Under the pieces are notes generated by a model. That model was not told the origin of the DNA and did not search any database. It worked only from the letters and a program-made list of their open reading frames with translations. Both the position numbers and the translations under genes were made by a program. Positions 27,167-32,000 of a DNA stretch of 32,000 nt are shown in pieces. The DNA comes from Acaryochloris marina MBIC11017 (GTDB lineage Bacteria > Cyanobacteriota > Cyanobacteriia > Thermosynechococcales > Thermosynechococcaceae): NCBI RefSeq assembly GCF_000018105.1, contig NC_009925.1, forward strand, positions 2,730,001 to 2,762,000, in the 5' to 3' direction. How positions within the stretch are numbered: position 1 is the first letter of the stretch; the number at the start of each line of letters is the position of its first letter.

Positions 27167-27610
27167 ATGAAGCAGTCTCTGTTTTTTGTTGGTTTTTGCT
27201 TGTTGATGACTTGTGCAGGATGCGGTGGATCGAACGATCCTCAGGTCAATGTGACTGCAGCGATTGCTGACCATCTCCAAACTCAGCCCGGTCAACCCCT
27301 CGATTTAGCGACCCTTGGCTCGGATAAGTGGCAAAAGATTTGTGTGTTGAATCCCTATACGGTCAATACAGAAGGGGCAGAGATTTTAGGGTTCGACTGG
27401 GATTTTGAAAGTCAATCGTCGATTAAAGAAAATGATGGGATTGCTTTGTTGGTGTTTGTAAAGGATCAATCGGTGGTGGCTTTTGCCGAACATCCTAGGC
27501 ACAAAGGAGATTTCACCAGCTTAAAACCAGCTTGCCTCAATCGAGATGATGCCGTGGTTATACCCAAAAAAGGGACTAAGGATTGGATCTCTTTTGTGAA
27601 GGACAAATAA
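27167..27610 (+). CDS. Small secreted protein, probable lipoprotein, function unknown
   Basis: Signal peptide MKQSLFFVGFCLLMTCAGCGGS with a Cys in a lipobox-like context. Confidence 0.6.
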   Translation: MKQSLFFVGFCLLMTCAGCGGSNDPQVNVTAAIADHLQTQPGQPLDLATLGSDKWQKICVLNPYTVNTEGAEILGFDWDFESQSSIKENDGIALLVFVKDQSVVAFAEHPRHKGDFTSLKPACLNRDDAVVIPKKGTKDWISFVKDK

Positions 27611-27723
27611 TTGACTGGGAAGTAGGGTTAATCAGTACCGCTTGGACTGCATCAGCCCATACGATAGAGACCTCAACTTTCCCTAAAGGATGCCAATCTA
27701 AACGGGAAAGTTTAATGTGTTGC

Positions 27724-27751
27724 TTGACATATTCTTATATCAGAATATATT
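27724..27751 (+). promoter_or_regulatory. Sigma-70-type promoter (TTGACA-16 nt-TATATT) with an embedded palindrome ATATTCT-N6-AGAATAT; probable ArsR autoregulatory operator
   Basis: Read directly: TTGACA 27724-27729, TATATT 27746-27751, palindrome arms 27729-27735 and 27742-27748. ATG 27758 lies 7 nt after the -10 hexamer. Confidence 0.5.
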
Positions 27752-27757
27752 GTGAGT

Positions 27758-28102
27758 ATGGCACGGACCAAAACAACCTTTGACCCTTTTAATGCAATTG
27801 CAGAACCGAAACGGCGAGCCCTAATTGAAGCGCTGGTCGGTCAGGAACTGACGGTGAATCAGATTGTGGAGCGGATGGGATGGAGCCAGCCGATGGTTTC
27901 AAAGCACTTGGGTGTTTTGAAGCAGGTGGGGTTGGTTTCGGAACGGAAGGAGGGCCGATATCGGGTCTATAGGGTCAATGCCGATCAGTTGAAACCAATA
28001 CAAGAGTGGGTGATCCAGTTTGAGCAGTTTTGGAGTGACAGTCTGGATCACCTGGAAACCTATTTAGACGAAATCCAAGCAAACGAGGTGAATGATGAGT
28101 AA
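27758..28102 (+). CDS. ArsR/SmtB family transcriptional regulator
   Basis: RRALIEALVGQELTVNQIVERMGWSQPMVSKHLGVLKQVGLVSERKEGRYRVY (winged HTH). The track start GTG 27752 would overlap the -10 box. Confidence 0.85.
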   Translation: MARTKTTFDPFNAIAEPKRRALIEALVGQELTVNQIVERMGWSQPMVSKHLGVLKQVGLVSERKEGRYRVYRVNADQLKPIQEWVIQFEQFWSDSLDHLETYLDEIQANEVNDE

Positions 28103-28616
28103 TTCCCATGCGATTCATGCTGAACCATTGCGACTCACTCGTGAGCTGAAGGCACCGAGGCAGTTGGTGTTTGAGGCTTGGACGCAACCAGAACATTTAC
28201 AAAACTGGATGTTCCCAAAGCAGGGATTTGCTTGTGAGTATGTGTCTGTGGATATCCGAGCGGGCGGGTCTTCGCTACATAAAATGACGACGCCGAGCGG
28301 ATATGAGATGTGGTTGCTGACTCAATATGAAGTAGTCAGTCCACCAGACCGTTTGGTGTTTAGGCAGTATAGTTCTAATACAGCGGGTGAGATTGTACCA
28401 AATACTCAAATCTCTAACTGGCCGCCAGAAATCAGGGCAACGGTGACGTTGGAGGAAGTGGGTGACAAGACGAAGTTGGCGTTTATCTGGGAACCAATTA
28501 ATCCAACGGCTGAGGAAGCTGAGGCGTTTGAAGCTGCGCGTGATCAACATGGCCAAGGCTGGGGGGGTGGTCTGAACCAGCTCGAACTGTATCTTGGCAA
28601 CGTATCCAAACAGTAG
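28092..28616 (+). CDS. SRPBCC superfamily protein (AHSA1/START-like)
   Basis: VFEAWTQPEHLQNWMFP...DIRAGGS...YEVVSPPDRLVF pattern. It overlaps the ArsR stop by 11 nt, and this pairing is common. Confidence 0.8.
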   Translation: MMSNSHAIHAEPLRLTRELKAPRQLVFEAWTQPEHLQNWMFPKQGFACEYVSVDIRAGGSSLHKMTTPSGYEMWLLTQYEVVSPPDRLVFRQYSSNTAGEIVPNTQISNWPPEIRATVTLEEVGDKTKLAFIWEPINPTAEEAEAFEAARDQHGQGWGGGLNQLELYLGNVSKQ

Positions 28617-28751
28617 GTTCATGTTCACCTGCGATCTGAAACATGATGCGTCAAATTTTCGATTTGATCCGACGCTCTGAGATAAACATCATCAAACAAA
28701 AGGAGTATCAGATCAAGTCGAAAGTTTGACAGCTAAATAGAGAGATGAAAC

Positions 28752-31052
28752 TTACAATTCACGGGACTGCCTTGTGCTGCAATCTACAAGTCTTTGTGCA
28801 AGAAAAGTAGCCCAGCCAACGAGCCAATGCCCCCCGCCCCGGCCGACTGACAACACAACAGCCGGAAATTCTCCAGGAAGAGTCTTATTTATATCGAAGG
28901 TCAAGTCTGGGTATGCTCGCCAATTGCCATTACTTCTCCAACCAACACGATCACCAAACTTTTCCCACTTATCATTGTAAATTGTAGGGCTTCCACATTC
29001 TTCCCAAATTTTTTTTTGCACACTGAAACCCCATTTACCCTTGCTGTATTGCACCCACAATTGATCAACCATTTGCAGGTCTTCACAAGGAAAAGTTTTA
29101 AGGTCATTTTCACTCAACAATTGTCCATCTTCTTTCCCCACCGTGGTAATCATCAAGCGATAGGTTTCTTGATCGGCTTCATACCACTGTTGATTTTTTA
29201 GAAGTTGTTCTAAGGTTGCATAACGAGAATTTTCTACTTGGGGGGTGAGTTGTTGGAAAGCAGCTAACTCATCTGCGGTTAAATCCAGCCGCTTCGTCGT
29301 GTCTTGCTGAATGGTATAGGCCAAATCAATAGCTTCTTGATGCAAGGCTTCTCGAATGAGTGGTGTGGGATTGACCTGCGAGGCATAGAGCAAAATGGTC
29401 TGTTTCCACCAGTCATTTTTGAGGTGTTCATATAGAAATGCTTCTTGCTTGCCCTCAGCAATTTGCTTTGCTGCTAAGTACTCTTGCAAACTGAGATGTG
29501 CAAATTCGAATTCACCTGGCTCCCGCTCCACTAGAAGTTCACTAATCTGTACTACTTGCGCCAAAAAATCCTTAGATTGAACTGTTTCTTGTTGTTGTGC
29601 CAAATAAGTATCGATACAATCCACTAAGACAGAGCGATCCAAACGCTCTTCATGGGCTTCCATCATGGATAAAGCCAACCGTTGCAATATAAGCTGGGCT
29701 TCGCAATTGATTAAACAAGTCTCCAGTTTCCGTGCCCCCGGTCGATCTCGAAGCTGGAGTATACAAATTTCTCGGTAGAGTTCAACTCGGCGCTTGGGTA
29801 ACTCCATTCCTGGGAATCGCCGATGGAACGTCACAATCATATTCAGCAACAGCGGATTTTTAGCTAAATCTTTTAGCTCTTGCCGCGCTTCAATTTGGGT
29901 TAGCAGTTCCTCGGCGGCATCTTGCGCATCTTTCTGAACGTCAGGGGTTGTATCCCCACCCCTGGCATAGCGCTCTTGACACAAATACCAATGCTCTACA
30001 AAATCGCGGCGTTGAGATTCATTAAAGTCTTGCACCCATAGACGGGTCGAAAGTTCCAGACGGTCGGCAGGTTCCTGCTCGTTATAGGCTTTAGGACGGG
30101 AAGTGACGATAAATACTGATTTGCTGTAATGGCGCATCTGGTCATTAATCCATCGAGCCACTGCCGGACGCTGCCCAGAGGCCACCTCATCAAAGCCATC
30201 CAGCATCACCACCGCTTTTCCTTGACGGAGCTGTTTCTGAACCCAATCCTCCGGTAAGTCAGCTAGCTTGTCAGAGTCTGGTAAATCTGGAATGTGATGG
30301 TTTTTAATCAACTCAAGCAGAGTCGGTGGTTGCTCCTGAGCGAGACGGTCTCGATGTTTCCGCAACACTAGCAAAAATGGTACTCGTCGCGGAACGCCAT
30401 ACTTGCCCTGTTGATCCATCCCATAGGTATGGGCAATATGTTTAAGCAAAGTCGTTTTGCCATACCCACCCCAGGCCAACACCACAATTTGTCGGAAGGT
30501 TAATTCTTGATCCGTCTTGCCAAGTAAGTCCCAAATTTTGTGTCCACAAACTCCATCACGAGCAGACTTTTCAAGGTGCTGTTCAGGGAACTTCCGCCAA
30601 CCTGCTGGTAAGGAGCTAGCGTCCAACTCTAAAGGAACATAAATTTCTTCCAACAGGGGCATAAAAATACCATCATGTTGCACCACCCCTTCAGATTTCT
30701 GACGACGGCAAGCCCAAGCTTGACATCGATAATACTGTTCTTCTACGCCACTAACTTTAGCAATGCCATGATCAATCGCTTTATTGGCGGCTTCTCCTGC
30801 TTTTGTTAGGCGATCTTGATTGCCCTTATGAACTGGGTTAAGCAGACTGGCTCCATAGGAAATTCCCAAACCAATCACTCCAGACGCCAAGGCTTTGGGA
30901 ATATCACTATCTTTGAACAGGGACCAAAACGCACCTGCTCCACCTACCGTCACCCCACCTGTCCGTACTGCTTTAACCACAACATCCGCAATCTGGTCGC
31001 TGAGAGAAACCTTAGCTTTAGGTTTTGAAGTAGGTTTGTCAGTCTTGGTCAT
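28752..31052 (-). CDS. NACHT-family STAND NTPase with an N-terminal Gly-rich membrane segment and a C-terminal GUN4 domain
   Basis: Walker A AWGGYGKTTLLKHIA and Walker B VVMLDGFDEV. The C-terminus QQWYEADQETYRLMITTVG...FPCEDLQMVDQLWVQYSKGKWGFSVQKKIW...VGWRSNGNW matches the GUN4 signature. The N-terminus carries GGVTVGGAGAFW and ALASGVIGLGISYGASLL. Confidence 0.85.
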   Translation of the reverse strand: MTKTDKPTSKPKAKVSLSDQIADVVVKAVRTGGVTVGGAGAFWSLFKDSDIPKALASGVIGLGISYGASLLNPVHKGNQDRLTKAGEAANKAIDHGIAKVSGVEEQYYRCQAWACRRQKSEGVVQHDGIFMPLLEEIYVPLELDASSLPAGWRKFPEQHLEKSARDGVCGHKIWDLLGKTDQELTFRQIVVLAWGGYGKTTLLKHIAHTYGMDQQGKYGVPRRVPFLLVLRKHRDRLAQEQPPTLLELIKNHHIPDLPDSDKLADLPEDWVQKQLRQGKAVVMLDGFDEVASGQRPAVARWINDQMRHYSKSVFIVTSRPKAYNEQEPADRLELSTRLWVQDFNESQRRDFVEHWYLCQERYARGGDTTPDVQKDAQDAAEELLTQIEARQELKDLAKNPLLLNMIVTFHRRFPGMELPKRRVELYREICILQLRDRPGARKLETCLINCEAQLILQRLALSMMEAHEERLDRSVLVDCIDTYLAQQQETVQSKDFLAQVVQISELLVEREPGEFEFAHLSLQEYLAAKQIAEGKQEAFLYEHLKNDWWKQTILLYASQVNPTPLIREALHQEAIDLAYTIQQDTTKRLDLTADELAAFQQLTPQVENSRYATLEQLLKNQQWYEADQETYRLMITTVGKEDGQLLSENDLKTFPCEDLQMVDQLWVQYSKGKWGFSVQKKIWEECGSPTIYNDKWEKFGDRVGWRSNGNWRAYPDLTFDINKTLPGEFPAVVLSVGRGGGHWLVGWATFLAQRLVDCSTRQSREL

Positions 31053-31193
31053 GGCTCTGGAAATATGGCGCTGCCTTTAGTACAGGACAGAACTTTTATC
31101 AGCTAGCTAGGGGTATGTTTTTAAGGAGAGCACGACCCCTCACAGCTAGATCCAATGTTTTTCTAGTCAACAGTCTCAATTATGCTACATTAG

Positions 31194-31224
31194 CCCCCTA
31201 AATCCCCCATTCTGGGGGACTTTA
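31194..31224 (+). repeat. G/C-hairpin repeat copy A (CCCCCTAAATCCCCCATTCTGGGGGACTTTA)
   Basis: Read directly. It contains the internal hairpin CCCCCA-TTC-TGGGGG. Confidence 0.85.
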
Positions 31225-31313
31225 ATCCTATAGCTAGGCAGGAGCATAAAGCCCAAAATCTTCAACATATTTCCCTCAAATCTGATTGTGAATATCTGTG
31301 AAAAAAACAGGTG

Positions 31314-31342
31314 AAGTCCCCCACTGGCAGGGGATTTAGGGG
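31314..31342 (-). repeat. G/C-hairpin repeat copy B (inverted, diverged loop)
   Basis: The plus strand reads AAGTCCCCCACTGGCAGGGGATTTAGGGG. Its reverse complement aligns to copy A apart from the central segment. Confidence 0.7.
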
Positions 31343-31376
31343 ACCAGTGCAATGGAGAAAGCTATAGACATAATCA

Positions 31377-31405
31377 CCTCAAATCCCTCATTCTGGAGAC
31401 TTTGA
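31377..31405 (+). repeat. G/C-hairpin repeat copy C (degenerate), overlapping the 3' end of the DUF559 CDS
   Basis: CCTCAAATCCCTCATTCTGGAGACTTTGA compared with copy A. It encodes the C-terminal KSPE-stop of the DUF559 ORF on the minus strand. Confidence 0.6.
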
Positions 31406-31822
31406 TTGTCGATCAAGGCTTTGCTCACTCGCATATCGGATTTGCTGAAGTACCTGATCTAGGTGGTGCATAACGTCTGAGTTCTGGAATCGGATCACTC
31501 GGAAACCAAGCTGGTTGAATTGCTCGGTACGGGCTTCATCATACTCCACCTGCTGATTGTGGATGTCGCCGTCTAGCTCAATCACTAATCGGCATTGGGG
31601 ACAGTAAAAATCGACAATGAACGAACCAATGGCGTGTTGACAGCGGAATTTCAGGCCGCTGAGTTGACGTTTTTGCAGTGCTTTCCACAGCTTTTGTTCG
31701 GCAGGCGTCAGATTGAGTCTGAGTCTTCGCGCGGCGGCAACGACGGCTGGGGTCATGCCGCGAATACGGTGGCGCTGCATCTGCTTCTCTCGCATCGTGT
31801 TACCCCTAACCCTATCTCCCAT
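31388..31822 (-). CDS. DUF559 endonuclease-domain protein (Vsr-like fold)
   Basis: LTPAEQKLWKALQKRQLSGLKFRCQHAIGSFIVDFYCPQCRLVIELDGDIH...RTEQFNQLGFRVIRF is the classic DUF559 pattern. Confidence 0.85.
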   Translation of the reverse strand: MGDRVRGNTMREKQMQRHRIRGMTPAVVAAARRLRLNLTPAEQKLWKALQKRQLSGLKFRCQHAIGSFIVDFYCPQCRLVIELDGDIHNQQVEYDEARTEQFNQLGFRVIRFQNSDVMHHLDQVLQQIRYASEQSLDRQSKSPE

Positions 31823-31842
31823 CTCGGAGAATCATAAATCTC

Positions 31843-31872
31843 AAGGTCCCCCAGAATGGGGGATTCAGGGGG
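31843..31872 (-). repeat. G/C-hairpin repeat copy D (inverted relative to A)
   Basis: The plus strand reads AAGGTCCCCCAGAATGGGGGATTCAGGGGG. Its reverse complement matches copy A at 28 of 30 positions by my alignment. Confidence 0.85.
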
Positions 31873-32000
31873 CGAATGCAGAGTTAAATTGGGCTTCCAA
31901 AACAACTTCTCAACCCGGCTTATGATGACGACAGAGGGTGATGGCTTCAATGTTTGTCCTATAACTGAGGACACTTCTCAATCGTATTGAACAATCAACT

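Noticed and set aside
27583-27783. 66-aa ORF spanning the lipoprotein 3' end and the ArsR promoter
   Set aside because: It runs through a clear promoter/operator and has no coding-like features.
27975-28628. Minus-strand ORFs of 73 and 117 aa opposite the ArsR and SRPBCC genes
   Set aside because: The plus-strand genes carry strong family motifs, and the minus-strand products are Arg/Trp-rich shadows.
28774-31080. Nine short ORFs (60-70 aa) in other frames or the opposite strand of the NACHT-GUN4 gene
   Set aside because: All are nested in a 766-aa CDS with Walker A/B and GUN4 signatures.
31595-31974. ORFs of 80, 70 and 73 aa around the DUF559 gene and repeat copy D
   Set aside because: They are antisense to DUF559 or are translations of the G/C repeat. 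Such repeat-derived pseudo-peptides are a known annotation artefact.
1-32000. Search by eye for tRNA, rRNA, tmRNA and riboswitch-like elements in the intergenic regions
   Set aside because: I found no cloverleaf-compatible stretches or conserved riboswitch cores. This is a weak negative, and tRNAscan-SE/Infernal should be run to confirm it.

Overview
This looks like a cyanobacterial chromosomal segment. Supporting signs are HIP1 GCGATCGC palindromes (405-412, 3918-3925, 11401-11408, 24564-24571, 25773-25780), a typical 2-Cys peroxiredoxin, a GUN4 domain and a Nostoc-type bacterial dynamin. About 1.0-22.8 kb is a Wzx-type surface/extracellular polysaccharide locus. It holds a GT2 polyprenol-phosphate glycosyltransferase, a GT4 enzyme split into two ORFs, and a tightly packed plus-strand gene string: GlpD-like FAD oxidoreductase, DUF457 membrane hydrolase, an unknown protein, SAM methyltransferase, extended-SDR epimerase/dehydratase, FkbH-like HAD-IIIC loader, ACP, hexapeptide acyltransferase, a sulfotransferase broken at an A7 run, and a Wzx flippase. 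An IS630 insertion follows, then a second GT4, a CE4 deacetylase, a second MOP flippase and a PL11-like beta-propeller lipoprotein. From about 8.7 to 24.1 kb the DNA is visibly more AT-rich than both flanks. The right third (24.2-32 kb) is GC-richer. It carries a Crp/Fnr regulator convergent with and overlapping a solitary bacterial dynamin-like protein, a small lipoprotein, an ArsR-SRPBCC pair, a NACHT STAND NTPase with an N-terminal glycine-zipper membrane segment and a C-terminal GUN4 domain, and a DUF559 endonuclease gene bracketed by inverted 30-nt G/C-hairpin repeats. I saw no rRNA, tRNA or CRISPR array. The leads I consider most worth follow-up are the NACHT-GUN4 protein and its neighbourhood, the FkbH-ACP-acyltransferase decoration module with its fkbGHIJK-like cofactor logic, and the slippery-site sulfotransferase. 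All functional calls rest on motif recognition by eye, not on database searches.
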